Notes under the pieces: model-generated
Seen by the model: the letters and a program-made list of their open reading frames with translations, nothing else
The model's database searches: none
What the model was told of the DNA's origin: nothing
Program-made: the position numbers and the translations under genes
Shown here: positions 31,138 through 41,089 of the stretch, in pieces
How the letters are laid out: each line of letters opens with the position of its first letter
Position numbering within the stretch: position 1 is the first letter of the stretch
Assembly (NCBI GenBank): GCA_963764625.1
Contig: CAVXTH010000009.1
Coordinates: 512,001-576,000 of the forward strand
Direction of reading: 5' to 3'
From: Candidatus Krumholzibacteriota bacterium
GTDB lineage: Bacteria; Krumholzibacteriota; Krumholzibacteriia; JAJRXK01
Length of the DNA: 64,000 bases

Positions 31138-31563
31138 TTAGACCTCGATCATGTTGAGCCAGGTGTCGTGCTGGTTGCAGACACTGAGCGCATAGAGCGC
31201 GCCGCTGTAAGTCGGTAGCATGAAGGTGGAGGTCGGTGCCTTGTCCTTCGTGGGATCGAACATGTTCTCGTCGAGAAAACGGAAGTTCTTGTCCAGCAGC
31301 ACGTGCTTCACGATGTAGTGCTCGTATCCGTCCATGGGATGATGCGTCATGACCTGAATCGAGAGGCCGTCCTTTCCTTTGTCGAGCTCGATACTGGGCA
31401 GGTGCAGCACCACTTTCTTGCTCCAGCGGCCGGGAGCTTTCTCGGTGTAGTAAACCCCGCCCGCCATGGGGCTGTCGGGGACTTCCGCGAGGACCATTTT
31501 GGGGACGATCAGCGCGCCTGAGACACCGACGAGTCCTAGCTGGATGAATTGACGTCGATCCAT
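31138..31563 (-). CDS. Tat-exported superoxide reductase-like (desulfoferrodoxin Fe-binding domain) protein
   Basis: Twin-arginine signal MDRRQFIQLG; HLP, HHPM..EHYI and CNQH metal-ligand pattern. Confidence 0.85.
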   Translation of the reverse strand: MDRRQFIQLGLVGVSGALIVPKMVLAEVPDSPMAGGVYYTEKAPGRWSKKVVLHLPSIELDKGKDGLSIQVMTHHPMDGYEHYIVKHVLLDKNFRFLDENMFDPTKDKAPTSTFMLPTYSGALYALSVCNQHDTWLNMIEV

Positions 31564-31669
31564 GGATTTCTCCTTTTCTCCGCATCGAGGGGGGATCGAG
31601 ACGTGTTTTCGTTCGAGGGTTTCAGTTTAATCGCACACCCATTTGCGGGCAACGTCACCACTCGCGCGC

Positions 31670-32665
31670 TCAATCGGCGGTGAGCTCGATCCTCAGGTGT
31701 TTCAGCGCGCGGCGAAACTCCGCCGGTAGATCCGCCTCGGCCGCGAACCCCACGGCTGGCTCCTCGAGTTCGAGACTCTTCGCGTGCAGCAATTGATGGT
31801 CGAGGAAGCCGCGCAGCTTCGCGGCTTCATCTTTGTCGGGGTCGCCATAGCGCGGATCACCCACCACCGGCAGGCCGTGCGCCTTGCAGTGAGCGCGGAT
31901 CTGATGGGTGCGTCCGGTGAGGACTTCGGCTTGCAGGAGGGACGAGGCTGGGCCGGCGGCGATCCAACGAAAGCGCGTGCGCGCGGGGAGACCCTCCTGG
32001 TCCTTCACGGCGGGCACCACCTTCGGACCACGCCGCTTGGAGTGGGCCAGACGCAGCAGGGGAATTTCGAGTTCGAATTCTCTTTCCAGAGGACGTCCCC
32101 AGACCACGACCCAGTAAAGTTTGTGGACGCGGTGCTCCTCCTGCGCACGGCGAAAGATCTCCAGGACCTCTGCGGTCAATCCCAGGCAAATCGCTCCCGT
32201 GGTGCCCCGATCGAGACGGTGCGCCGCGGCGGGACGCACGCGGTTCGCCGAGACATCCTCCTGATAACGTTCCCGGGCCCAAGTGAGCAGACCCGGAGCG
32301 CCTCCCTCACCGTGATCGCAGGTCACTCCGGCCGGTTTGTCGACCACCAGGAACCCCTGCGCCTCGTGCAGGACGGTGATCGTGGGGCCTTGGTAGGCCG
32401 GTGTGGAATCGGCCTCGAGATGTGACTCCGTAGGAGTCCGCAACGCGGTCTCTGGAGCCGAGTGATGCGCCACCACTACGTCACCCGGGCGCAGAGTGAG
32501 CCCTCCGCGAGCCTTGAGCCCGTTTACCTTGACGTCCCCCTTACGGAGCATTCGCTGGATCCGAGAAGAGGAGAGGCCCTCGATCTGCTCTTTGAGCCGG
32601 CTGAGGAGAAACCGGTCGAGGCGCCGGTTGGCATCCGCGCCGGCCACGGTCCATTCGAAACGCAT
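31670..32665 (-). CDS. RluA-family pseudouridine synthase with S4 domain (RluC/RluD-like)
   Basis: RRLDRFL, DKPAG, HRLDRGTTG, TGRTHQIRAH, VVGDPRYG. Confidence 0.93.
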   Translation of the reverse strand: MRFEWTVAGADANRRLDRFLLSRLKEQIEGLSSSRIQRMLRKGDVKVNGLKARGGLTLRPGDVVVAHHSAPETALRTPTESHLEADSTPAYQGPTITVLHEAQGFLVVDKPAGVTCDHGEGGAPGLLTWARERYQEDVSANRVRPAAAHRLDRGTTGAICLGLTAEVLEIFRRAQEEHRVHKLYWVVVWGRPLEREFELEIPLLRLAHSKRRGPKVVPAVKDQEGLPARTRFRWIAAGPASSLLQAEVLTGRTHQIRAHCKAHGLPVVGDPRYGDPDKDEAAKLRGFLDHQLLHAKSLELEEPAVGFAAEADLPAEFRRALKHLRIELTAD

Positions 32666-32831
32666 ACTCGCTCCTTTTTGGTCCTTCAGCGCCCCGAGCC
32701 GGCCTCGAAGGCCCCGCGAGGCTGCGTTCCTTGACCCATACCCTCCCAGACACCCATACTTGAACCAAGCCCTACTGCTTCGCACCGTCTTTTCTCGCGG
32801 GAGACGGAACCTCGCTTCTCGGAGGCTGCTC

Positions 32832-34103
32832 GTGCGTTTCGACCCTAGGTCCAACCCATCCTATCTCAAGCTCGATCTCTACTGTCGGGGCGCTCGCATC
32901 GACGAGAGCTGCTACCTCGAGCGAGCGGGTGGCCGTCCCATTCTACGCACGCGGGCCGGCTTGGGCAGTGGTCTCGAGCTGATCCTTCCCGGTGGCATGT
33001 GGACCAACGTCCCGGCCACCGAGAGTTTCGTGGAACGTTCACCCTACCTCATCCGGATGGAGAAGGACGAACTCGTTTTGGAAAGAGATGGGGAGTTCAT
33101 CTGTAAGCCCCAACTCTCCCCGAAACCGGGTTGGTACGAACGCACGACCACTTCGGGCCGGAAGATGCGCCAGATCGGCAGCCTTCAGGGCACCTACCTG
33201 GGGATCTATCCGGGAAAGGTGTGTGAGTACTGGACGCGGGACACCAAAGTGAACTGCCACTTCTGCAGCGTGGGGTTGAACCTGGGCCACGATGACGCGG
33301 ACGAAAAGGATGTGGAAGAAGTGATGGAAGTCGTGCGCGCCGCGGTGCTCGAGAGCGGAATCACTTACGTGGATTTCAATACCGGGCACTACCCGGGCGA
33401 GAGCTACCTCGATCTTCTCGAACCCTACATCGAGGCCATCAAAAAAGAGACGGGCTTGCTGGTGGGAGTACAGACGCCTCCTCACGCCGATCTCTCGCGT
33501 TACGATCGTCTCAAGAAAATGGGGGTCAATCGCGTCAGCTTCTGTTTCGAGCTCTTCAATCGGCAGCGCTTCATCGAGGTGTGCCCGGGAAAGCACAGCC
33601 AGTACGGTCTCGACCGGTATCTGGAGGCCATCCGTTATTGCGCTGCTTTGGGCAGCGGAGATCTGGCCAAGCTCGAACCCTGGGTCACGAATGGGGAGAT
33701 CATCGCAGGACTCGAGAGCCCGGCGGACAGTATCGAAGCCATCGACTGGATCACCGAGCAGGGCGCGATTCCCACCGTTTGCGTGTTTCGCCCGCTCAAG
33801 GGTACGGACTACGAAGCAGTGGACGTGCCCTCTACCGAGGAGATGGTTCCCGTTTTCGCGCGCCTTTACGATCGCTGCATGGAAAAGCGCCTGCCGATCG
33901 GCGTGGCGCCCAACATCCACGTGAGTCTGGTGATGCTTCCGGAGGAGTGCGCCGGATTGAGTGAGCATCGCGGCGCCAACTTGGGGCACCGCGTGAAACT
34001 CAAGGCCATGCACACCGCTTTTTCCGCCGCCTACTACGCGAAGCTCAAGAGCGCCAAGCAGAAGTTGCGCAAGAGGGTGGAGGCGGGCCAGGTCGCCGCC
34101 TAG
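32832..34103 (+). CDS. Radical SAM protein with an expanded CX10CX2C motif
   Basis: CEYWTRDTKVNCHFC, IIAGLES, PTVCVFRPLKGT. GTG start after a GGAGG RBS. Confidence 0.85.
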   Translation: MRFDPRSNPSYLKLDLYCRGARIDESCYLERAGGRPILRTRAGLGSGLELILPGGMWTNVPATESFVERSPYLIRMEKDELVLERDGEFICKPQLSPKPGWYERTTTSGRKMRQIGSLQGTYLGIYPGKVCEYWTRDTKVNCHFCSVGLNLGHDDADEKDVEEVMEVVRAAVLESGITYVDFNTGHYPGESYLDLLEPYIEAIKKETGLLVGVQTPPHADLSRYDRLKKMGVNRVSFCFELFNRQRFIEVCPGKHSQYGLDRYLEAIRYCAALGSGDLAKLEPWVTNGEIIAGLESPADSIEAIDWITEQGAIPTVCVFRPLKGTDYEAVDVPSTEEMVPVFARLYDRCMEKRLPIGVAPNIHVSLVMLPEECAGLSEHRGANLGHRVKLKAMHTAFSAAYYAKLKSAKQKLRKRVEAGQVAA

Positions 34104-34297
34104 CGGCGCGTGTCCTTCGTCCCGTAGATTCGCAAGAGCTCGGTCGCCGGCAGAGCCGCGTGCCTCGATTCCACCCTCAACAGCAGGATTCCATTTCCTT
34201 GGCAGCGAAAACAGGTCTCGCGGTGCGGTTCTTCGCCCGAGCAGGACGGACACGGCACTGATACGGAGACTAAGAGAGAATGCGCTTGCGAGCTCAT
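34100..34297 (-). CDS. Small zinc-ribbon protein (DnaJ-type CxxCxG...CxxCxGxG)
   Basis: CPSCSG...CFRCQGNG; AGGAG RBS; 38 nt downstream of the ALDH gene on the same strand. Confidence 0.6.
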   Translation of the reverse strand: MSSQAHSLLVSVSVPCPSCSGEEPHRETCFRCQGNGILLLRVESRHAALPATELLRIYGTKDTRR

Positions 34298-34335
34298 CTC
34301 GCTCCTCGCCCGGCGCTAAAGCGGCTTGCCATGCG

Positions 34336-35853
34336 CTACTCGATTTCGAACTTCACGCCCTGCGCCAGAGGCATCTCACGGCTGTAATTGATGGTGCAGG
34401 TCTGCCGGCGCATGTAGAACTTCCAGCTGTCGCTGCCCGCTTCTCGCCCGCCACCGGTCTCTTTTTCACCGCCGAATGCTCCGCCGATCTCCGCTCCACT
34501 CGTGCCGATGTTGATGTTGGCGATGCCGCAGTCAGATCCCTCCGGACTCAGGAAGCTCTCCGCGGAGAGCACGTTGGTGGTGAACATCGAGGAAGACAGG
34601 CCTTGCCGCACGTCGTTCTGCATTCCGATGGCCTCCTCCACGGTGTCGAACTCGAAGAGGTACAGGATGGGCGCGAAGGTTTCCTCCTGGGCCACCTTGA
34701 GTCCGTGCTTGGCGGACACGATGGTGGGCTTGACGAAGTATCCCTTACGTTCGATGCGCTTTCCACCGGTGAGCACCTTGGCGCCGTCGGCTTGCGCCTT
34801 CTCGAGCGCCGCGGTCATGTCTTCGATGGCTGACTCGTCGATCAATGGACCCATGAGCGTGTCGGGATCGAGCGGGTCTCCGATGGGAATGCTCTCGTAG
34901 GCTTTCACCAATCGCTGGGTGAATTCTTCGGCGATGCTAGTTTGCAAGAACACCCGGCGGGTGGACGTGCAACGCTGCCCTGCGGTACCCACGGCGCCGA
35001 ACGCGATGGCGCGCAGAGCGAGGTCGAGGTCGGCGTCCTCGGTGACGATGATCGCGTTGTTGCCGCCCAGCTCCAACAGGCTGCGGCCCAGTCGTTTTCC
35101 CACCGCTTCGCCGATTCTCCGCCCCATGCGGCAGCTCCCGGTGGCGCTGATGAGCGGGATCCGGGGGTCGTTGATGAGCTTCTCACCGACCGCCGAGCCG
35201 CGTCCCACGCAGAGATTGAAGACGCCGCGCACATCGTTCTTCTTCATGACCCGGTCGCAGATTTGCTGGATCGCAATGGCGCACAAAGGGGTCTTGCTCG
35301 AGGGCTTCCAGATCATGGTATCGCCGCAAACCGCCGCGATCATCGCGTTCCAGGCCCAGACCGCCATGGGGAAGTTGAAGGCGGTCACGATGCCGATGAC
35401 TCCCAGAGGATGCCACTGCTCGTACATCCGGTGGCGTGCCCGTTCGCTGTGCATGCTCAGCCCATAGAGTTGACGGGAGAGGCCCACCGCGAAGTCCGCG
35501 ATGTCGATCGCTTCCTGTACTTCGCCTTCACCTTCGCTGAGAATTTTTCCCATTTCGAACGCGATGAGTTTGCCGAGCGGACGCTTGTATTTGCGCAGCT
35601 CCTCCCCGAGCTGACGCACGATCTCGCCGCGCTGGGGAGCGGGAACCATTCGCCAGCTGAGAAATCGTTCCTGCGCCGCCGCCACGACTGCTTCATAGTC
35701 GTTGTCATCGCCTTGAAGGACTTTACCCACCGGCTCTTCGCTGGTGGGGGAGTAGCTCGTGAGTTCGCCGCCGCCGGGATGTTCGATCCAGCCCTTTCCG
35801 TACACTCCCGAGTTCACTCCGGAAAGACCCAACTCTTTGAGAAAATCACGCAT
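34336..35853 (-). CDS. Aldehyde dehydrogenase family 7 (piperideine-6-carboxylate/antiquitin-like)
   Basis: EGEGEVQE.IDI.DFAVGLSRQLYG, AFNFP, ELGGNNA, GTAGQRCT, SGAEIGGAFGGEKETGGGRE. Confidence 0.93.
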   Translation of the reverse strand: MRDFLKELGLSGVNSGVYGKGWIEHPGGGELTSYSPTSEEPVGKVLQGDDNDYEAVVAAAQERFLSWRMVPAPQRGEIVRQLGEELRKYKRPLGKLIAFEMGKILSEGEGEVQEAIDIADFAVGLSRQLYGLSMHSERARHRMYEQWHPLGVIGIVTAFNFPMAVWAWNAMIAAVCGDTMIWKPSSKTPLCAIAIQQICDRVMKKNDVRGVFNLCVGRGSAVGEKLINDPRIPLISATGSCRMGRRIGEAVGKRLGRSLLELGGNNAIIVTEDADLDLALRAIAFGAVGTAGQRCTSTRRVFLQTSIAEEFTQRLVKAYESIPIGDPLDPDTLMGPLIDESAIEDMTAALEKAQADGAKVLTGGKRIERKGYFVKPTIVSAKHGLKVAQEETFAPILYLFEFDTVEEAIGMQNDVRQGLSSSMFTTNVLSAESFLSPEGSDCGIANINIGTSGAEIGGAFGGEKETGGGREAGSDSWKFYMRRQTCTINYSREMPLAQGVKFEIE

Positions 35854-35916
35854 CGGAGGATTCCCCTGCAATCAAGAGACAAAAAGATTCGGACCGGATC
35901 GCGAATGTCCGGCGGC

Positions 35917-35945
35917 CAAGATAGCACACGATTCGATGCTGGCAA
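35917..35945 (-). promoter_or_regulatory. sigma70-like promoter of the ALDH7 gene
   Basis: Minus strand TTGCCA-N16-TATCTT with an extended-10 TG. Confidence 0.5.
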
Positions 35946-35954
35946 AAGAGTGCA

Positions 35955-35996
35955 GGAAAAGAGCGCGGCCCAACCCCGGGAGGTGGGTTGGGCCGC
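35955..35996 (-). terminator. Intrinsic terminator
   Basis: Perfect 12-bp stem (GCGGCCCAACCC/GGGTTGGGCCGC) with an 8-nt loop, followed by GCTCTTTT on the minus strand. Confidence 0.7.
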
Positions 35997-36262
35997 AGCT
36001 TGTGCACCCGCGAGTCACGGCAGCTCACGGACGCTCGGGAGTTGAACTCGGGGCCCCCGGGCCGACGGCGGCGATTGGCGCTTAGAGCGTCGCCCCCGTT
36101 GGGAGTAAGGAGGTACCAGCCGAGTTTCACCCCAGGTTCCAGGGGCGGTTGCTCAGGCCGTTCGCCGAATCCTCCGGATCGAGGGCCCCGCACCCCACCC
36201 GCCTCGACGGAGGGGGTGAATGCGTGACGTCTTGCGCCCGACGCAGGCGCTTTCTCTCACGA
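35955..36262 (-). ncRNA. Unassigned structured ncRNA candidate
   Basis: 140-nt imperfect rod at 36050-36189 plus flanking hairpins, ending in the terminator. No credible ORF; no family recognised. Confidence 0.4.
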
Positions 36263-36474
36263 CTTGGGTTACAGCAAGGAGCGTGCGCAAGAACGGATCC
36301 CGGTCGGCTTGGGGCAGTGGGAGGGATCAAGAGGTGTCAGATGGTGGTTCAGGTAGCCGCCGCGTCCTTTCGCGACGACTTCTATCCTCATTTTTCTCAC
36401 GCATCCTCAGGGTGGAGTGGGCGAGGGAGAGATGCTCTGCTTATTCTCTGCTCGTCTCTCCCCCATGAGAAAGC

Positions 36475-38661
36475 ATGCGAGCCCATCCGGGAACCCTGAT
36501 CATCCCCGTCCTTCTCTTGCTTGCCCCCATGGGATCCAATGGGGAAGAACGAAACCAGGCCTCGCCGCATCCGGGAGAAGTCATGCAAATTGATGGTGCG
36601 AGCCACCGGCACACCAACCACTTGATCCACGAGCAGAGTCCCTACCTCTTGCAACATGCACACAATCCAGTGGACTGGTACCCATGGTGCAAAGAGGCAT
36701 TGAGACGCGCGCGCGAGGAAAACAAGCCCATCTTTTTGTCCATCGGCTATTCCACCTGCCATTGGTGCCACGTCATGGAGCGCGAGTCCTTCGAGAACGA
36801 GGCGATCGCAGCGCTCATGAACGAATACTTCATCTGCATCAAAGTGGATCGCGAAGAGCGCCCCGATCTGGACGAAATCTACATGGCCGCGGTTCAGGGC
36901 ATGACGGGTCAGGGCGGATGGCCGATGAGCGTCTTTCTCACCCCACAGCTCAAGCCCTTCTTTGGCGGCACTTACTTTCCGCCCGAGGATCGTTTTGGCC
37001 GCCCCGGTTTCAAAAGCGTCCTTTTGCAGATTCACGAATTGTGGGGCCAGGAGCACGCACGCATCCTGAGTGCGGCGGAGCAAATCTCCAACCGCCTGGG
37101 GCAGTTGGAGCTCGTGGAGAGCGCCGCGGGTGAACTCGATGCGATGCCGGTGCAGACCCTCTACGAGCAGATCTCCACTTCCTTCGATCCTGAGAACGGA
37201 GGCTGGGGAGGTGCACCGAAATTTCCCCGCGGTGATTACGGCTCGCTCTGTCTGCGCTGGTTTCGCAAGAGCGGCGATAAGCACGCGCTCACCATGGCCT
37301 TGTCCACCCTGGAGCACATGGCCGATGGAGGCATCTACGATCAATTGGGAGGCGGTTTCGCGCGCTACAGCACGGACCCGAGTTGGTTGGTCCCCCATTT
37401 CGAGAAGATGCTCTATGATAACGCCCAGCTCGTCTTTCACTACCTGGAGGCCTACCAGCTCACCGGTGAAGAACGCTATGCGGAAATCGCGGGTGGAACG
37501 CTCGACTACGTTTTGAGAGAGATGACCGATCCCCGGGGCGGGTTCTACAGCGCCGAGGACGCAGACAGCGAGGGCGAAGAAGGGAAGTTTTACGTCTGGG
37601 ACGCCGCCGAAGTCGAGCGGGTGCTTCCCTCCAAACTCCTGGCGCCCTTCCGTCTGGCCTACGGGCTCAGCGAGCAGGGCAACTGGGAAGGCAGCAACAT
37701 TCTCCATCGCGCGATGGGCGACCCGGAGGTGGCTGCGGCACTGAAGCTCCCGGTGCTGGCGGTGCGAGAGGCACTTGAGAAGGCCAGGCAGGTCCTCCTC
37801 TCGCTTCGCGCCAAGAGAACTCGCCCCGCCCTCGACGACAAGGTATTGGCTGCCTGGAACGGACTGATGATTCAGACGATGGCGCGCGCGAGCGTGGTTC
37901 TGAAGGAGCCGCGTTACCTCGGGGCGGCCGAGAAAGCGGCGGACTTCATCCTGAACGATATGATGGCGGAGGGAAAACTCCAGCGGCGTTGGCGCGAAGG
38001 CCGGGCCGGCATCGACGCCTACGCCGAAGATTACGCCATGCTCGTCGGCGGGCTCCTGGAGTTGTACGAGTGCAGTTTTCAGCCACGCTTCTTCGCCGCC
38101 GCCGTGAACCTTCATCGAACGATGATGAAAGAGTTCGCCGACGAGAAAGATGGCGCGCTCTTCAATACCCGCGCCGGCGAGAGTGAGCTGCTGGTGCGGG
38201 TCAAGGTGGGTTACGACGGAGCGACACCCACCGCGAATAGCGTCGCTGCCTCCAACATGCTGTCGCTGTATGAACTCACCGGCGAAGACGAGTACGCCCG
38301 CCAACTCGAGCAAATTCTGCACGCCTTCTGGGGAGCTCTCTCGACTCGACCGGCGACGATGACCCGAATGGTTCTGGTTTTGGATGCGTACTTGGGTGAC
38401 CGCACCGAATTGGTATTGGCAGGCAGGCTGAAGGAAGTTCTGCCGCTGCTTCAAGAAGCTCGCGCAAGCTACAACCCGGACCTCTTCATCTCCCACGCCT
38501 CGCCCGACAGAAACAGCGAGGATCTCCTGCCGGCGCTCGCGGGGAGAGTGAGTCTAGACGGAGCAACGGCCTATGTCTGTCGCGCCTTCAGCTGCCAGCA
38601 GCCCACGCGCGATCCAGCCACCATGCTCAAGGAGTTGGGCGGCACCCGCTATTCCCCTTGA
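36475..38661 (+). CDS. Thioredoxin-domain protein of the YyaL/SSP411 family
   Basis: [52 protein letters not shown]. Confidence 0.95.
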   Translation: MRAHPGTLIIPVLLLLAPMGSNGEERNQASPHPGEVMQIDGASHRHTNHLIHEQSPYLLQHAHNPVDWYPWCKEALRRAREENKPIFLSIGYSTCHWCHVMERESFENEAIAALMNEYFICIKVDREERPDLDEIYMAAVQGMTGQGGWPMSVFLTPQLKPFFGGTYFPPEDRFGRPGFKSVLLQIHELWGQEHARILSAAEQISNRLGQLELVESAAGELDAMPVQTLYEQISTSFDPENGGWGGAPKFPRGDYGSLCLRWFRKSGDKHALTMALSTLEHMADGGIYDQLGGGFARYSTDPSWLVPHFEKMLYDNAQLVFHYLEAYQLTGEERYAEIAGGTLDYVLREMTDPRGGFYSAEDADSEGEEGKFYVWDAAEVERVLPSKLLAPFRLAYGLSEQGNWEGSNILHRAMGDPEVAAALKLPVLAVREALEKARQVLLSLRAKRTRPALDDKVLAAWNGLMIQTMARASVVLKEPRYLGAAEKAADFILNDMMAEGKLQRRWREGRAGIDAYAEDYAMLVGGLLELYECSFQPRFFAAAVNLHRTMMKEFADEKDGALFNTRAGESELLVRVKVGYDGATPTANSVAASNMLSLYELTGEDEYARQLEQILHAFWGALSTRPATMTRMVLVLDAYLGDRTELVLAGRLKEVLPLLQEARASYNPDLFISHASPDRNSEDLLPALAGRVSLDGATAYVCRAFSCQQPTRDPATMLKELGGTRYSP

Positions 38662-38747
38662 GGAATGGCGGGCTTCCCCGTTCTTGCTCGAAGCAGTCAT
38701 GGAGGTTAGGCTTGCGGCTCCACCTTCAAACTCCGAGGTGCATCTCG

Positions 38748-39857
38748 ATGAATTCACCCCTCTTGAGGACCGTTCGCGCCGTGATCCCGCTCTTCGCCGT
38801 GGCCCTCTCGTTCACGACCGGCTCGTGGGCGCAAGAGTCGCCTCGCTACGATGCTTCGCTGATGCGGGTACGCATGCTCACGCAGAATCCGGGGCCCTAT
38901 TCCACCTGGGACAACGCAGAGGCCTACTTCTCTCCGGACGGGAAGAAGCTCGTCTTCCAGTCCAGCCGGGATGGACGGGCCTGCGACGCCATCTACACCA
39001 TGGACGCGAGCGGGGCAGGGGTGAAGATGGTGACCTCAGGAGAAGGACGCTGCACCTGCGCGTTCTATTCCCCCGACATGAAGTTGATCGTGTACGCCAG
39101 CACAGTACTCACCAGCAAAGATTGTCCTCCGCGTCCCTCGATGGCGCATGGCTACACCTGGCCCATCTATCCCTCCTACGAGATCTTCCGCGTCCCGGTG
39201 GGTGGAGGCCAACGCGAGCAGCTGACCGACAGTCCCGGCTACGACGCGGAGGCGATCTACCGGCCCGACGGCAAGAAGATTCTCTTCACCAGCATGCGGG
39301 ATGGAGACCTCGACCTGTATGACATGAACCCCGACGGCAGCGGCGTGCGGCGCTTGACCTCGACTCCCGGCTACGACGGAGGGGCGTTCTATACCGCCGA
39401 CAGCCAGCACATCGTGTTTCGCGCGCGCCACCCCGAGGGTGAGGAGCTGAAGGATTACCAGGAGCTGCTGCAGAAGGGCTTGATTCGCCCCAGTCGACTC
39501 GATCTCTTCGTGATGGACAAGGATGGCGAGAATCCACGCCGTATCACCCACTCGGGCGACGACGGCGCCACGAATTGGGCGCCGTACCCGCACCCCGACG
39601 GCAAACGCATCGTTTTCGCCAGCAACCGGGATGATTTTGACCAGACCGTGCCGGGACAGTACGGCTACAATTTCGAGCTCTATCTCATCGGGATGGATGG
39701 CCAGGGGCTCCGCCGCCTCACTTTCAACCGGAACTTCGATGGCTTCCCCATGTTCTCCGCGGATGGCTCGCACCTGGTCTGGTGTGGAAACGTGATCGAC
39801 GCCCGTCCCCACGACACGGACGTCTTGATCGGCGATTGGAGCGAAAGTGGGCGATAA
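38748..39857 (+). CDS. Secreted PD40/TolB-like beta-propeller protein
   Basis: NAEAYFSPDG, GYDAEA, GYDGGAFY, FDGFPMFS repeats; signal peptide. Confidence 0.88.
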   Translation: MNSPLLRTVRAVIPLFAVALSFTTGSWAQESPRYDASLMRVRMLTQNPGPYSTWDNAEAYFSPDGKKLVFQSSRDGRACDAIYTMDASGAGVKMVTSGEGRCTCAFYSPDMKLIVYASTVLTSKDCPPRPSMAHGYTWPIYPSYEIFRVPVGGGQREQLTDSPGYDAEAIYRPDGKKILFTSMRDGDLDLYDMNPDGSGVRRLTSTPGYDGGAFYTADSQHIVFRARHPEGEELKDYQELLQKGLIRPSRLDLFVMDKDGENPRRITHSGDDGATNWAPYPHPDGKRIVFASNRDDFDQTVPGQYGYNFELYLIGMDGQGLRRLTFNRNFDGFPMFSADGSHLVWCGNVIDARPHDTDVLIGDWSESGR

Positions 39858-39887
39858 GGCCGAGAACGAGGACTTTTAGGCAGGAAG

Positions 39888-39902
39888 CGGCACGGAGATT
39901 GC
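39888..39902 (+). promoter_or_regulatory. sigma54 -24/-12 promoter of the MDR pair
   Basis: CGGCAC-GGAGA-TTGC with exact spacing, about 110 nt before ATG 40013. Confidence 0.72.
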
Positions 39903-40012
39903 CTCTAAGCTGACGGAATCCATACCCTGACCGGCAATTACACCACCGGTCGCTCCATCTCTCAGTGCCCTACTCTCGATCGGGGAATCGCGTGGACGAG
40001 GAGCAGACTCCC

Positions 40013-41089
40013 ATGGGCTCGATCCAGCGCTCGGTCAAGAGCACGCGCCTTCGTACGATGCGGGCGCTGGTTCTGGACAAAGTGCCCCAACTGGCCACGG
40101 TGAGCCGCCCGCGCGCGGCGGAGGGAGAAGTCCTGGTCCGGGTGCGCGCGTGCGGGATTGCCAGGAGTGATCTGCAGATGGTTCGTGGCATCCGAGAGAC
40201 GGGTCGCGAGCGCGTCATTCTGGGGCACGAGTTCGTGGGGGAAGTAGTAGAGGCGACGACTCCCTCCGGTGAAGAGTGGATCGGCCGTCGCGTGGTAGCC
40301 AATCTGAACGCCGGTTGCACGCGCTGTCTGCCCTGCCGGGACGCAAAGCCCTGGTTGTGCGAACTAACCCGTGAACGTGCTCTGGGCATGGGAATCACCG
40401 ATGGAGCCCTGGCCGAGTGGGTGACGGTCTCCGAGCGGGCCCTGGTCGAAGTCCCCGAAGGGGTGGACGACGAAGAGGCAATTTTCGCTCATCCTCTGGC
40501 CAGCGCGCTGCAAGCGGCGTCGCTGTTGGAAGGTCCGCCGCCCCAGCGGGTCCTGGTGGTGGGCGACGGCAACCTGGGGCTCTTGACCACCCTGGCTCTC
40601 CACGCCGCCGGGCACACGGTGAGCGTGTTGGGACGGCACATGTCGCGCCGGGAGCTCTTGTGGCGCAGCGGAATCTCCTTCAGTGGGGTCGGAGGGGACG
40701 GCGACGAATCGAAGGATCCGGTCTCGGGCGCGAAGCTCGTTACCGAGTCGCACGGAATGGTCTACGACTGTTCGGGACACCCTTCGGGCTTCGACCTCGC
40801 GGTCGCCGCCACGCGACCCCGCGGTCGCATCGTTCTCTTGAGCCGCTTCGCGTCCAGTCAAGGCTTCGACCTCCGCTTCCTCACCGAGAAGGAGATCGAC
40901 TTGATCGGCGTGAACGGAGGGAATTTGGAGGACAGCCTGGCCTACCTGCAGCGCAAGCGCCTCGACGTTCTTCCCCTCGTCGCGGGGAGCTATCCCATGC
41001 AGGAGGCCATGGCCGCGCTCGAGAAGGCGAACACGCGCGGCTCGCTCAAGGTCCTGGTTCGCAATGCCATCGGAGGAGGCGTGGGATGA
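40013..41089 (+). CDS. Zn-dependent alcohol dehydrogenase (MDR) homologue with altered catalytic Zn site
   Basis: CGIARSD (Cys to Ala), GHEFVG, structural CxxCxxC-x7-C, GDGNLG. Confidence 0.85.
   Translation: MGSIQRSVKSTRLRTMRALVLDKVPQLATVSRPRAAEGEVLVRVRACGIARSDLQMVRGIRETGRERVILGHEFVGEVVEATTPSGEEWIGRRVVANLNAGCTRCLPCRDAKPWLCELTRERALGMGITDGALAEWVTVSERALVEVPEGVDDEEAIFAHPLASALQAASLLEGPPPQRVLVVGDGNLGLLTTLALHAAGHTVSVLGRHMSRRELLWRSGISFSGVGGDGDESKDPVSGAKLVTESHGMVYDCSGHPSGFDLAVAATRPRGRIVLLSRFASSQGFDLRFLTEKEIDLIGVNGGNLEDSLAYLQRKRLDVLPLVAGSYPMQEAMAALEKANTRGSLKVLVRNAIGGGVG

Noticed and set aside
36050-36260. Identification as SRP RNA, tmRNA, lysine or ydaO riboswitch
   Set aside because: No CAGG-GGAA-AGCA SRP loop and no valid T-arm/CCA end. 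Only fragments of ydaO (CGCCGAATCC, GGGGTGAAT) without CCCGTCAGCTAAC. Left unassigned.
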